DNA of 61,395 nucleotides. Origin: Chara braunii. Its lineage: Eukaryota; Plantae; Charophyceae. Where the stretch lies: the NCBI GenBank assembly GCA_003427395.1, contig BFEA01000033.1, positions 1,765,781-1,827,175 of the forward strand, written 5' to 3'. Of this stretch, positions 26,606 to 38,926 are shown in pieces. Numbering within the stretch: position 1 is the stretch's first letter; each line of letters begins with the position of its first letter. Below the pieces are notes generated by a model, which saw only the letters and a program-made list of their open reading frames with translations, did not search any database and was not told the origin of the DNA. A program made the position numbers and the translations under genes.

Positions 26606-27218
26606 AAATCCGATGTGCATGAATCTCTGCTCAAAATGCTATCGCGATTACACGGAGCAGCAGAAGGCGGCCGCTTCGATAGAGCAGGCGGCGACGGAAG
26701 GGGCGATTGCAGCCGAGGAGGCAAACGCCGCGAAGCAACGAGGAGGCGATCATATGATGGTGTCTCCGAGCGGAAGCGAGAGCACTTCAGGGAGCTCGTC
26801 TTCAAGAGCTATGGTGACGGAGTCTTCAGCTGGCCCATCCACGTCCTTGCAGGAGCAGCAGCAAGTGCCCTCTATCCATGGAGAGCGTCAGAGTAGCGAG
26901 CTGCAGCAGGTGCGGGATGAACGAGGTAGCGCGGCCATGGAAGGCGGCAGTGTGGCCATGGAAGGAGTGGCGACTTCCTCCGGAATGTCAGAAGATTCTC
27001 TGCCGGAGCGCAAGGTGAGAAAGCAGAGGAATCGCTGCTTCTCGTGCAACAAGCGAGTAGGGCTGACTGGCTTCCCGTGCCGATGCGGCTACGTCTACTG
27101 TGCAGTTCACAGGTATTCCGACAAGCACAATTGCGCCTACGATTACAAAGCAGCAGGGCGCGACGCGATCGCAAAGGCGAACCCCACGGTTGTGGCAACG
27201 AAAATCGAGAAGATTTGA
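26606..27218 (+). CDS. SAP: A20/AN1 zinc-finger stress-associated protein, coding exon 2 (spliced product 232 aa)
   Basis: The CAG acceptor at 26603-26605 restores the frame (GG|A) into [14 protein letters not shown], completing A20. The C-terminal AN1 finger reads [39 protein letters not shown]...IAKANP...KIEKI, with TGA at 27216-27218. Confidence 0.93.
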
Positions 27219-28676
27219 GGGGGGGGTGGGGGGACGCGGATGGGGTTTGGCGAAACACAGGAAGAAGAGCAGACGATAGAGGAGGGGAGAAAATGCAGCC
27301 CAAAGCGGACGAATGAATACTGCAAGCGAGGTTTAGGATTGGGCGAAGTGGCACTGAAGGGTTAGTCGGGGACGGGTCTTGTCAGGGGAGGGGGGGTGGG
27401 GGTGGACGGAATGGGCTGGTAAGACAGGTCGTCTTTCCGGGGGAGTCGAGGACGGGTCTAGGAGCGGGGGATAAGTGAAATGGGGTTGGCAAGACCATGT
27501 TGTCTTCTCGTAGGTAGCGGGGCAAGGGTCTGGAGTGAGAGGGGACTTGACGAAGAGGGGTTTGTTGCGGACGAGTGGAAGACACACGGAGCCGAACGAG
27601 CACATCTGGCAAAAGCAGTTAAAGCTGTTCTATGCGGGGTGGTTCGGGTGTCTGTTTTCACGGTTACGTTTTGACGTGTGAGGACGCATCTGTAACCGGC
27701 AGGGCAGGGAGGTGGTTGATTGGGTGATGGGGGCTGGCATGGTCTGTGTTTTTAGGCAACTTAGAAGAAGAATAGTCAGTCTGGATGATGTGTTTTTGCA
27801 GTGGTGTATATACGGTTCTTTGTTTTTGTTGATTTCGTTTTCCTTGATGATGCAGTGACTCGGCTACAACAGTGTGGGGTGGTGGCTTGGATATTTGTAT
27901 TACGATCAGCCGAGCACTAAGTGATGATGATGATGTTGATGACGATGATGATGATGATGATGGAAAGAAAAGCCAGAGCTATGTCTACGGCAATGCTCAG
28001 TGATTGTGCACACGTATCGATGAACCAGTGGTTGAAGGCAGTGATTGTTGTGCACACGTATCGATGAACCAGTGGGTGAAGGGTGGGTGGATGAACAGGT
28101 CGTGGAATTGCATGATGGATGCATAAGATGGATAACAATGTTCTCGGGTGTGGAATCTGTATGCCGCTGCGTATCGCGTGTTTGTGTAATGGCTTAAGAC
28201 GTCCGCCATGACTGTTTCTTTCTGCTGCCAACGCATGTTAAGATGACCTGATGCTCGTCACTTTACGCCGCTCACTCGCATGTTTTTCGTTCTGCAGAAG
28301 TGCTGTTCGAGGTGCGTAGGTGTTCGTTTTTCATGGGGGTATATATCTTGTCGTGTCTTTATCATGTCAATCATAGCGCAGCTGAAGGCGGGAGTCCTGC
28401 ACACACTTGGGAGTCTTCATGAGAAGCGTTTTCAATATTGGGGGGTTAACAATGGCGTGCAGAAGGAACTGAATTTTGTACGGTCCAGAAAAAAGAACTG
28501 CAATGATATGACTAGTAATGTTGTTGTGCAAAGTTTAGGGCAAGTGCGTTGTTTGAACGTTGCGAAGGTGGTTTCTTGTTTATGGGCGTATTTGAAAAAC
28601 GACTGTATGGAATGTCTTTAGCAGGCGCTAAATCGCTTTTTGGAGCCGGGCGGTTGTTCTGCCCCGTCGATTAGCT

Positions 28677-28885
28677 CTTGGTTGGATAGTGTTCGACTCC
28701 TCTTCAGTTCGTCAAAGGCGCACCGGTTCTCTGCCCGCTCGCGCAGCGTTTGCCTTGGTTGGATAGTGTTCGACTCCTATTCAGTTCGTCAAAGGCGCAC
28801 TGGTTCTCTGCCCGCTCGCGCAGCGTTTGCCTTCGTAGTTTACGACTCCTTTTAAGCTCCTCGCCAGAGGCGCTCTGGTTCTCTC
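28677..28885. repeat. ~78-bp tandem repeat (2 full copies and 1 diverged)
   Basis: ttggttggatagtgttcgactcct...cagttcgtcaaaggcgcacyggttctctgcccgctcgcgcagcgtttgcc occurs twice. Confidence 0.85.
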
Positions 28886-31276
28886 TGGTTGGAAGTTTTT
28901 CGTTCTTTATGAATTTTCGAGTGGGTTTATCGATCAGTCCGTCTCCCGGGCAACACGAATTGATATGAAGGAGAGGAGTGGGTGACTTGTTTCGCCGACG
29001 TAGGCCTGCGTCACTGTGTGTGGACCTCGTAAGCACTCTTAGGCAGAAGGTCGGGTTCTGGCTTTGCGTTGGCCCCGTTGTGGCACTACATGTATGCGTA
29101 GTTAGTTGTACGGTTGTTTCCCCAGCTGCTCTCCCAATGGAACTTGTGGAAGCCACAAAGCATGTTGGATGGTGGACGGTCCGATAATGCTTTCGACGAG
29201 TGATTTTACCGTCCGTCTCATGTTATACTCGGAATGCATGTCTTGAACGGGGGAGGTAGCGGGTATGTGCCCCTCATGTGGAGAATGCGACTCTGCTGTA
29301 ACTTACCTGTGTTAACCCGCGTGCCTGTTATACTCAAGAGTCTTAACTCAATTGTGCTAATGCACGTGCCTGTCACACTCTATTCTTAAGGAAGCTTATC
29401 GTGCGGTGGGCGATTTGCTTCCTTAAGAATACCTCGTAACTTTGCCCGGCTTACGGTTACTGGAGATTTTGTGTTGAGCTGTCTTGAACGTTGATGGGAG
29501 TGCGCGTTGTTGCTTGCGTTTTGGAACTTGGCACATGTGTCATCTGTTTGGCGGGCAAGTGTTGCTTCGTTTGTGCTGTGGTACAGATCGCTGGACTCTG
29601 TGTACGTGTAATCGCTGCTGAAGCCATCTTGAAAGTGTTCCTTGTTCTCTTTCTGAGAGTTGTGAAGCGGTGACGACGAGTTATTTTCGATTCTCTACTG
29701 CCAGTGGTCACGAGGATAACGATGCGTTTGCATCCCACCCTGGCTGTTATGTGTGAGATTTTGTTTTGCTTGGGCAAGTCCCTTACGTTGTCGGCTCTTT
29801 CTCCATGACCTCCCAGTGAGAGGGATTTGGAAGTGAAATATGAAAGAGGGAGGGGACTGGACCCAGCAGCTAAGATAGAAGTGGATCGCTGAAAGTGCGT
29901 ATCCGCTGTAGGGCTTGTGTCCGTGTTGGCCGGTCCCTCTGGGTTTGTGATTCTCTGTTGTTGATATAGGGTGGGTGAGTAGTCAGGGGAATTGATTGCT
30001 TGACGGATTAGACGACCTCGGGTTTGTTTGTAGGATTGGTAAATAGATTGATTTCCCATAAAGTCGAGACTTGTGACAGTGTAAGTGGTGATTTCGTACG
30101 CACCCATTTTGTGTGTCTTGAAGTCTCTATTGACTCGCCGCAGCGTCCGTTTTCGATCATCCGTATTATTGTGGAAACGCAGTATTGTATCATGTACAAA
30201 TATAGGTTCGAACCGCGGGTTCTGCACCGGGCATTCTCGCACGTGTCTCTGGTGAAGGTCTGTCTATACGCTTTGGTCGTCTGTGTCACTGGTTGGTTTC
30301 CTTGACGGTTCTAGGGTGGGTGGATGGTATGTGTTGACCTCGAAGTCGTTCCCACGACGTGGCAGTCACACTAGATTATCCCGGTGGTGTGCCTTGACTA
30401 TTTGAGTGGCAATCTCTTACGGAGGATTTCTCGAAGTCTGTCTGTCTGATAACTGTAGGCGAGGTGCAAGCTTGCTTTTCGATTAACGATGTGACCTCCG
30501 AGGGAGTGCGATATTGGATGATGTGTACTGATAGTGGACGACATAGAGAACTACGGACAGCTCTACGGCACGGAGGAATCGCTGTACGCTGACAAAGCGA
30601 ACCGTGCACGTGAGCGAGAGAAGGTCAATGGGCGCGAGCCGTTTTCTTGTGCATGGGGACTCGTATTTCCGCCGATTTTTAGGACGATCTGGTGTCCCCA
30701 CGGTCCGGTTTCTGATGTCGTCTCCCCATATATATGAGTAAATGTGAAACCGACAGATCTCCGGTGAATGGTAGACTTTTGCTACCTTCTTTGTTCATGA
30801 AGGTCGGGTTCAAGCATTGGGAGTGTCGTCCATGCGCAGACATCTGTGAATGTGACCGGCTCCGGGCAGATGTTGGTGATCCCAGTTGTGTGACTTTCTG
30901 TTGTGAAGATCATGAGGTCGGCGTCCTTCACGAAGTGTTTAACGACCTTGACTGCGTTCTTCTGTTTCTCTTTGGGAACTTGCGAGCACATCGCTTTGTG
31001 AAGTTGATCATTGAGTCGCGAACGTTAATGCGTCACGATTTTGTTGCGTGGGTGAACTGTGGGCACGTTTGTTCGTTGAGCGCCTAGTAGTGGGGCTGTG
31101 GTGAGAAGGTGGCTGAAGATTGGTCCTGCGGTTCGCTGTTTTGGTACTGTTTGATTCCGTGGTTGCAATGTCTAGTGCCCATGTCAGGCCGCTGGCGTTT
31201 TGCCAGATTCGACGCCCCTATTACGTGGCGATATCTTGTACGGCCAGTCTTGCTGTAAGTGGGTGGTGGAAAAGGT

Positions 31277-31470
31277 GTCCTGATCCTGATTGAATGTGTC
31301 CGTCTTCACCCAATTTCCACATGCAAGCTGTCTTGGAGGGGCACTTGCATGCGTGATGTGAGTGGTTGGAAGAAGGGTCTCCTGATCCTGATTGAATGTT
31401 CGAATGTGTGCGTCTTCACCCAATTTCCACATGATAGCTGTTTGGGAGGCGCACTTGCATACGTGATGTG
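31277..31470. repeat. ~100-bp tandem duplication
   Basis: tcctgatcctgattgaatg...cgtcttcacccaatttccacatg...cacttgcatrcgtgatgtgagtg occurs twice. Confidence 0.8.
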
Positions 31471-34399
31471 AGTGTTCGTGGGCATGCAGCTGTAGCACTG
31501 TTTCAATGGCGAGGTGTAGGTGTGAAATTTCCTGACCCCAAGTGTGCGTCGCCCGGCTGTTTTTGGGTTTTGGCATCCGCGAGTGGTTTATCGTTTTCAT
31601 TCGTTTTATGTTGTTACTCGCATTCCCAATATGAAGGCGTGCTGAATCATCTGCCTAGAGTCTAGTTTTCGAAAGGCGTGCTGAATCATCAGCAGCCTAG
31701 TCTAGTTTTCGTTCAATGGACTGGCCCCCTTCCTATTGTTTGGCTACGTAGATCCTCAGCCGGCGAACATGACTCAGGGCCGTTGATGTAGGATTAAGCG
31801 TGCGGGTCTAAACAGTCGTTCCTTTGTAAAATTGCCCGAAGAGGAACCGCTGTGGCAGGGATTCTGGCGTTGTGAAAGCCACAGGTGTTTGCGTTGGCTG
31901 CCATGTCGTTTTCCTGCCAGGTCAGGCCGACTGCAACCGCAGGGCCCAGAAAAGAAAAGTCGCTTGTACTGGTTGAGTCACTATACCAATAATTTTCCTG
32001 CTCTTGCCCGTGGAGACGCCCTCCCAATAATTTTGCTTGAAACGCTGAGCACGGAGCACAAACCTTATTCCGGCAGGGTCCTGATTTGCCCCATGATTGT
32101 TCTCCTCATTATGGAGGGATATAGGACACCTCTGAAGTATCCTTCGACACGTTTACGGGTTCTGTAGATCTCGTTTAATGCATGAGATATAGGCTGTGAA
32201 AGAACGCCCTCCAGTACTAAAAACGGAAATGCGTTTGAGGGACACGTATACGGAGCATGGTCGTCGCAGTGTAAATAGTGAAAAGTGAACTTGTGTCGCT
32301 TGCTCTTTTGAGCAACATGATAAAAATGTTGACGACCAGGACGTTTGTGATACCTGTTACAGAGCTGCTGCTCATTCTGAACCTTGTTCCGGGTATGTAT
32401 CGGATATTTGTGGGGAGTAGGAAATAAAAAAAAAGCCTTCTCAGATGATGCAAGTGGGCCATCCCAAAAGGTGTACGTCTTCTCGGAGTTTCTTTCTACT
32501 GTAGGATTTAAGTACCCCTCGACTATCCGCACAAGCAGTGGTCCTCCCTAACTCCGTAGAGCAACCTAATGTGCAGATGTTGATTGCCTGTTTTTGAGAG
32601 ACAGTAGGAGGGGGTTGGGGTAAGGGAAAAATCGTTGTTTTTAACTGCTGGTACACCACGTTGTGCATTCTGATCACTGGTAGCAGGACCTGTGGACAAG
32701 GTGGGCATGCAGATGGCCTTATCAGTGGATGGCAAATAAATTCGAGCCTCCGAACCAGGGCACGAGCTGCGAGTGGAATCGGACAGATGCGACTTCCCGT
32801 GGTGCTGGGTTCGCACATTACGCGATTTAGCTTGGCTGGCATCGCGTGTGGTTGCTTGCCTGACGTATGATGTGGTGGCCTTGTTGCTTAACTGGCATGG
32901 GATGTGGTTGCTTGAGTGATGTGGTTTGGATGGCATGGCATGTGGTTGCTTGTCTCTGGTCCCTTGGTGCTATGGGTGGCAGGGGATGCGGTATCTTGGC
33001 TGCTAGAGCAGTTTCCCCGCTGAGACGGATTTTTTTTTTTTTTTTTTTTTGAATGTTGGATCAGACGCGTTTTTTTGTTTTGTTTTCTGTAACGTCTGTT
33101 GGCGTTATGAGTATGCCCCGGTACCTCAACCGGCAGATATCTCCCGGTACCTCCACCAGCAGATAGCTCCTATTTACTGGTGGGGTGCATCACCTGCGGG
33201 AAACCTTGAACACCAGCAGATGTCTCCTCTTTCTATTGGTAGGGTGCAGGACCTGTGGGAACCTTGGACCCGTCCCATACACAGAATATACGAAGAATAC
33301 CGGGGCCTTCACCCTGGCTGGCTGCGAAAGAGAGGTCCTGTCTATATTGCATGAAATGGATCTACTGTCCTTTTACTTTGCGCTGTGAGATGGACGCCTT
33401 CGCAGAATTTGCTGTGAGATGGACGCCTTCGCAGAATTTGCAGAAAAGTGGTAGCCGGTGATCCTGAGTGGGACTACATACTGGGAATGTTCACTGGGAA
33501 GAGCATGGAAGTACCTCCTGTTAACTCAGTAGCAGGAGGGGGAGGTAGATTTGGGAAGGGCAAACAGCTGGTGAGAGGTAAGTTCTTTCTTTCTGGAGTC
33601 GTCGCTGGAAGCGTGCATCAGGAGCCTGTGTACCTCGTGGTAATCTTAGTCCGAATATGTAGTGGTACAGTAGAGACTGCAGGGTGATGTACAACGGGTT
33701 ACCTTTGGAAAAGTCCAGTTCTCCTTTGGTGGGTGTTTGTGAAGAAGACAGGTTATATCATGCAGTTTCTAATGTATGACGCTGCAGTTTGCGAAGAGTT
33801 TTATGCACTTCCTGTACCTCATACAGTGAAAAGAAGGGGAACGGCATGGAAACGTTTGTGGGGTGGCTCTTTGGTACTCCGAGAGTTGTGGAAGGATATA
33901 CCTGTGAGGCTTGGGATTTACGAAGTGCTCTTGCTGGATTGAAAGTGGCAAATGTAGAAATTTTGTGCCTCTGATGTGCATTACGCTACCTTTTAGGGAC
34001 GTGCTTAGCGTGCATGATATAACCTGTCTTCTTCACAAACACCCACCAAAGGAGAACTGTATGATATCTGTCTTCTTCACAAACACCCACCAAAGACAGG
34101 TCGTGCTTAGCTTGCATTACGCTACCTTTTAGGGACGGGTTGAGAAGGTACATGTTTTGTGCCTCTGATGTGCAGTTGATGATTCCAGATTTTGTTTCTC
34201 TCATGCAGTGAATGATTCTCTACGGGGCATTTTTAGGCTTTTGAAGTGTCGGTTTACACCACATAGTTCGTGCATATGGGTATAGCTGGGAGTGAACGTA
34301 GTTGTAGTGTGAACGTGGGAATGGTCTGGAGGTTGAGAGAAGTTTTGGGTGTGCATAGCATAACTTTTCTGTAAATAGCGAAGGTGTTCTGTGCGTAGT

Positions 34400-37300
34400 C
34401 ATGTAGGAACTGGAATTGAAAAGAAGAGAAAGCTGAAAATAAACGTGGAGGAGAAGGTGCATGAGATACAAGCGCGCAATTCAGATCCCCAAGGGAAGGA
34501 AATCTGGGTCCGAAAGCAGCAGGTGGAACCTGTGCTGTTGTGGGATGACAATCACAGTTCCTGGACCCCGGGCCCTGCTGTTGAGTGGTACATTCAGGAA
34601 GAGAAAGGTACAGAGACGGCACAAGGCACATGGGATGCACCTAATTCCCTCAGGACAGATACAACAGAACGCTGAGGTCGCAGGGGGACACAGCACACGG
34701 GCAGGGGGCATCAACGCAAGCTGATGTAACAAACAGCCCCCCTAAGCGGTTTGAACAGGAGGGAGCAGAGGGGCAGCTGGAGGGACACGGAGGTGGGGAG
34801 AATGGAGGTGGAGCTGGGGCCGCTAGGGGTGGAAAAGATGGGACAATTGAGGGCGATGACAGGAGGGTACGTCCTGGTGGGCCAGACGGTAGATACCACC
34901 CCCTTTCATGTGGCTTCTGGACAATGCTAACACGGCACTGGAGGGTTTGGCCCCGGAAAGAGACCCAGAAGGTGAGGAGGGGGCGGCTGCTGCACCTGCC
35001 CGTGGAACAGAAACTGCTCGCCGTTGTGGACTGGCTGATGGGGAACTTGAAAGCAAAACAAGGCTCTCCCTCACTGATGATTTCTGGGATCAGACGTATG
35101 GGGATTTATTGTCCATGCTTGGCACGGTGAGGTGGACTACAATTGTGTTTGCACGATTTCAGCTATCACACACAACAGCAGCAGCAAAAGACTTATGCCA
35201 TATAAAGCACCTCTGGATGCGAATTCACGGAAAACTCTGAACTTTTTGATTATTTTTGACAAATATTAGACTGTCAGTTGGAATCATAGATTTACGTCTT
35301 TTCCTTCGAAGCAGAGCAGGGTAGAGCCGGAGCTCCAGCAGCGAATGAACAGACCCGGAGGACACAGGACCCCCTGGCTCTACAGCCACCAACCCTACCG
35401 CCACTCCTGGACCCTCCAGACCCAGAGGAGAACACGCCACTGGAGCTGGTGCAAAGAAGGAAGCTTAGGCACCTGGTCGAGATGGGCTGTGATACTGGGT
35501 TCCTGTCGCAGGCCGCCATGCTACTCCTCCCCGTTTGGAAGAAAAATGGGAAATGGGAGGTGGGCTTGTCACCAGTGGAGAATGGCAGACAGGGGGGTGT
35601 CACATTACAAGGTTTATCATCGTTTTGGGCGGAACCACAAAGTGGCTAGTCTGAGGCAGCGGCAGGAATTCTGCAAATGCAGTTGGAATCCCACGTTGCA
35701 GAAACTCCACCACCAGGGGCACAAGCTAGAGTCTCGATTACAACGGGCCCTAGCAAAATAGTGCAGAGGGACGTTTATATAGGTTTTGACCCGACCAAGG
35801 AGGTGGGCCTGAGATGCGCACGGCCAACTGCTGAACTTGCAGACAGTCAGGATCAGGCATAGTGACACCTGGACTGAACAGGATGTTCAAAGATGCTTGT
35901 GCCCGTCTCAGGCTGGGCCTCTTGGCGGGAGCAGCTGATTTGGACTGGGAACAGCTGCCGGGGATTGGTCTGTAGGATAGCATGACTAAGATGGGCCCAG
36001 TCAGAGCAGTGTACGGGAAAGATGGCATTTGGAACCAATGCAGGAGGGCAATGACTTCGCCTCGTGCAAACGTGGCAAACAAAATGCAATCTGGGATTTA
36101 ATGAGAGGGGTGGGGGGCAGGAACTGGCCGGATGTAGTGTGTGTCCAGGAAACTCACGTGATGGACACCCTGGAGCACAACCGCACCCGTAAAACGATCT
36201 GGGCTGCATGAGTTCTTCAGGGCCCATGCCCCGAAACCAGAGAGTGAAGGGGTGGCCATCTGGATCCCCCCCAGTTCCTCAGTAGACCTGGTGCATTGGG
36301 CGGTAGACCAGGAAGGGGGTCGATGGGTGTCAATCCTGGTTAAATTGGAACGTGAAATTGTATGTATATTGTGTATCTATGCCCCCCAATACCGTGAGCG
36401 AGAGAACTTTCTATGAGAACCTTGAAACGCAAATCCTGGACGGGGTTCTGGTCATTAAAGCAGGGGACTGCAACGCAGCCCCTGACCAGCCCCTGACCGT
36501 TGGATGGATAGGTGGTGGACACCCTCCTCTATCCTGATGTATATGGAGGAGGATGCCTCTCACTAAAAGTGCCCGACTCCTTCCGGAGGCTAAACCCAAA
36601 TACGAGGTTCTATTCACGACTCCGGAAGACTGGGACCGAGAGTCAGTCGAGATCTAATATTGTGTTAATCTTGATCTCATCAGGTCTGGAAGGGTCTCTA
36701 CTTCTAGCAGCAATTTTGCCAGCTAGCCCCTACCTGGGCCTTGAGCACAAAATGTTCTTGGTCATTTTGTCCTTCTGCAAGAAACTCGATCGTGGACCTG
36801 GCTTTTATAAACTCGATGCCTCATCTTGCAGCAGAAAACCTTAGAGTAATATTACCGACTGCTGGACGTTTTAGCACTTGCAAAGGCAGCACATTCAACA
36901 GGAAATAAAAATATATTGGTTTAATAACAGTCTGTTCTATCTGGGTAGAAAATGCCAAGAATATTCCAAACTCTTAGCAGCTAGGAAGTATTAACAGCAG
37001 ATGGAAATATACCAACAACTGTAGGAACTCGAGCACCAGGATCAGTCTAAGAGCTCACACAGTGCCCAACAGACACATCCAGAAGAGTATTCAGAGATAC
37101 AGGTGCTGCAACAGCGAATCCAGACCTTTGCCATACAATGTTGGGAGAGCACACGTATAAGAGGATGACTGACACGACATCAAACAGAGGGAACAATAGA
37201 TAAAAAATTATTCAGCATAACCCGTGTATGCATGTGCAGAACATCCATAGAAGCGCTATATGATCCACAAATTGGACAGCAGGATATTGTCATCTCCTTC

Positions 37301-37460
37301 CCCATTTGCACGCAGATAGCGAGGTCTTTCTTCAAGATAGCAAGGTCCTTCTTCAAGGACCTGTTTACTTCAAGGTGTGTCCGGTGGGAGAAGGATGTTG
37401 GGGAGAAAGAGATTTGGTACTTCTTCCCTACACTATTAAAATCGCTGACGCGAAGAATTT
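34400..37460 (+). mobile_element. Decayed L1/Tx1-type LINE: ORF1 remnants and ORF2 APE endonuclease, truncated before the RT
   Basis: APE motifs in broken frames: PDVVCVQETH (36130), GVAIWIP, DQEGGRWV, AGDCNA, DSFRRLNP, SQSR, RGPGFYKL. Upstream fragments (PPGAQARV...YIGFD...VGLR) match the second copy. The 5' boundary is approximate. Confidence 0.75.
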
Positions 37461-37461
37461 G

Positions 37462-37681
37462 AAATCCGGGCTGTCGGCGGTCCTACTGGCCCATGGCCAA
37501 GATCGTCCGAACCATGTAATAAATCTGCCATTTGGGCCGTTGACATGTTTTAGTGCCTAGTACTAGGAGAAAACCATCTTCTACCACATTGACGGCCTGG
37601 ATAGATGCCATCTTAAGATCTTAAGATCGTACATCAATCCAGGCCGTTGACCCGGTACCTTGGGCCCGACGGCCCGGATTA
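37462..37681. repeat. Nested inverted repeat (foldback/MITE-like)
   Basis: Outer arms aatccgggctgtcgg and ccgacggcccggatt. Inner arms tgacggcctggatagatg and catcaatccaggccgttg flank atcttaagatcttaagat. Confidence 0.6.
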
Positions 37682-37973
37682 TTTGCCTGTTAGAGAGGGC
37701 CGAGGTACCTACCGGTGGTTTCTCGGCACGGTAACTACTAGTGGGGTTTTGTGTTAGGGAAAACGGGTTCCCTTAGGCTGCCTGTGATGTAACTACTTTT
37801 TCGTGGCGGAGTGTACTGTTTTTGTGTGGGGGTGTGCATTTTTTTATAGACTTCTACTCTCCTATCCTATGCTACTACGCTCAACTTTGACTTTACAACT
37901 CTACACTACACTACCACTCTTGACTTCGACTTGGCATGTGGATACACACACACACACAGGATATCCGGGCAGA

Positions 37974-38022
37974 CTGTCAGGGTTCAACCTCCTGACGAGC
38001 GGTGGTGATGAGCAGTGGAAGT
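37974..38022 (+). ncRNA. Degenerate tandem copy of a type III hammerhead ribozyme
   Basis: ctGTC-agggttcaacctc-CTGACGA-g duplicates the 5' half of the downstream ribozyme. Stem II and the GAAA box are disrupted. Confidence 0.5.
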
Positions 38023-38048
38023 CCACACACACACGAAATCCGGGCAGA

Positions 38049-38098
38049 CTGTTGGGGTTTCAACCTCCTGATGAGTCGGTGCAAGTCTGACGAAACAG
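38049..38098 (+). ncRNA. Type III hammerhead ribozyme
   Basis: CUGUU^GGGGUU-UC-AACCUC (stem I), CUGAUGA, GUCGG-UGCAAGU-CUGAC (stem II, G10.1-C11.1), GAAACAG (stem III pairing with CUGU). All core nucleotides are present and the cleavage triplet is GUU. Confidence 0.8.
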
Positions 38099-38128
38099 CC
38101 TTCCTTAGACATGGCCAAGCACTAGTCG

Positions 38129-38198
<70 letters not shown>

Positions 38199-38599
38199 GG
38201 AACACAGACTACGCTTTTAAACACATACATACACAAAAACAACCCGACTGAACACACACTACGCTTTTTTTTCGAGCCGCAGGTTAAAACTCCGCATCCT
38301 GAAGGGACATGGAGGGTTTGACCCCAGGGACATGGAGGGGTTAGATGAGTACCTCGTACAAATTTGTTCATTTTCATTTCCTTTTAGAGGACCACTACCT
38401 TTCCCGTATATCGGCCATGGACCTCACAATTCAAATTTCGGGGGCCGGGTGCTGTCGATGAAATTTATCGTCGGTGGCCCGACCCTGAAAAATGCAGCGC
38501 AGGTTACTTTACGACTCAGGGGCAGATCCCACTTCTTATAAGCAGGGCACTTTTAGGCAAAATTTGGGATCCCACTTCTTTCCACAAAACTCGGATCCT

Positions 38600-38926
38600 G
38601 TCTTGGAACATCGGGGGAAGTGGAAAATGTTCTTGTACGTGGAGGCGCGAGCGTGATTGCAGGGGCGGTAGTTCTTCCGAGTTTCGGAAGAGGCCACCTC
38701 TGTACCCTGCACCGTGAAAGAAGGAGCCCTTGTTTTTCTCTTCCTTTCTTTTTTTCCTGATGTGCAGGCCGTTGGATCCTCGGGGCGCCCCAAGATAGTG
38801 CCAGCAGCCGGTACGGTGAAGTGGGGCTCAAAGGCTGGGATGTGCTCTTCCCATTCGACCAGGAGACACAAGAGTTCATTAAAGGTAACTTCCCGCCAGG
38901 AGCGCAGGCTCTCGTTAAAGTTCATG
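38600..38926 (+). mobile_element. 5' piece of a second decayed L1-type LINE (ORF1), split by the LTR element
   Basis: GKWKMF...FPPGAQALVKVH resembles GKWEV...PPPGAQARVSI of the 34400-37460 copy and resumes at 51438 (YIIFESNTTAGLRW vs YIGFDPTKEVGLRC). Confidence 0.55.

Noticed and set aside
28677-28885. CRISPR-like array (also considered for 3168-4800)
   Set aside because: These are plain tandem repeats without unique spacers, in a eukaryotic context with no cas genes.
31660-31700. Minus-strand CUGAUGA...GAAA hammerhead-like motif (similar partial hits at ~14527, ~19760 and ~39447)
   Set aside because: No pairable stem II, or no GAAA box.
32130-32175. IYRTRKRVEGYFR as an IS4-like YREK transposase motif
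   Set aside because: No upstream catalytic Asp motifs are recognisable, and a similar RIVEGY repeat nearby suggests another origin.
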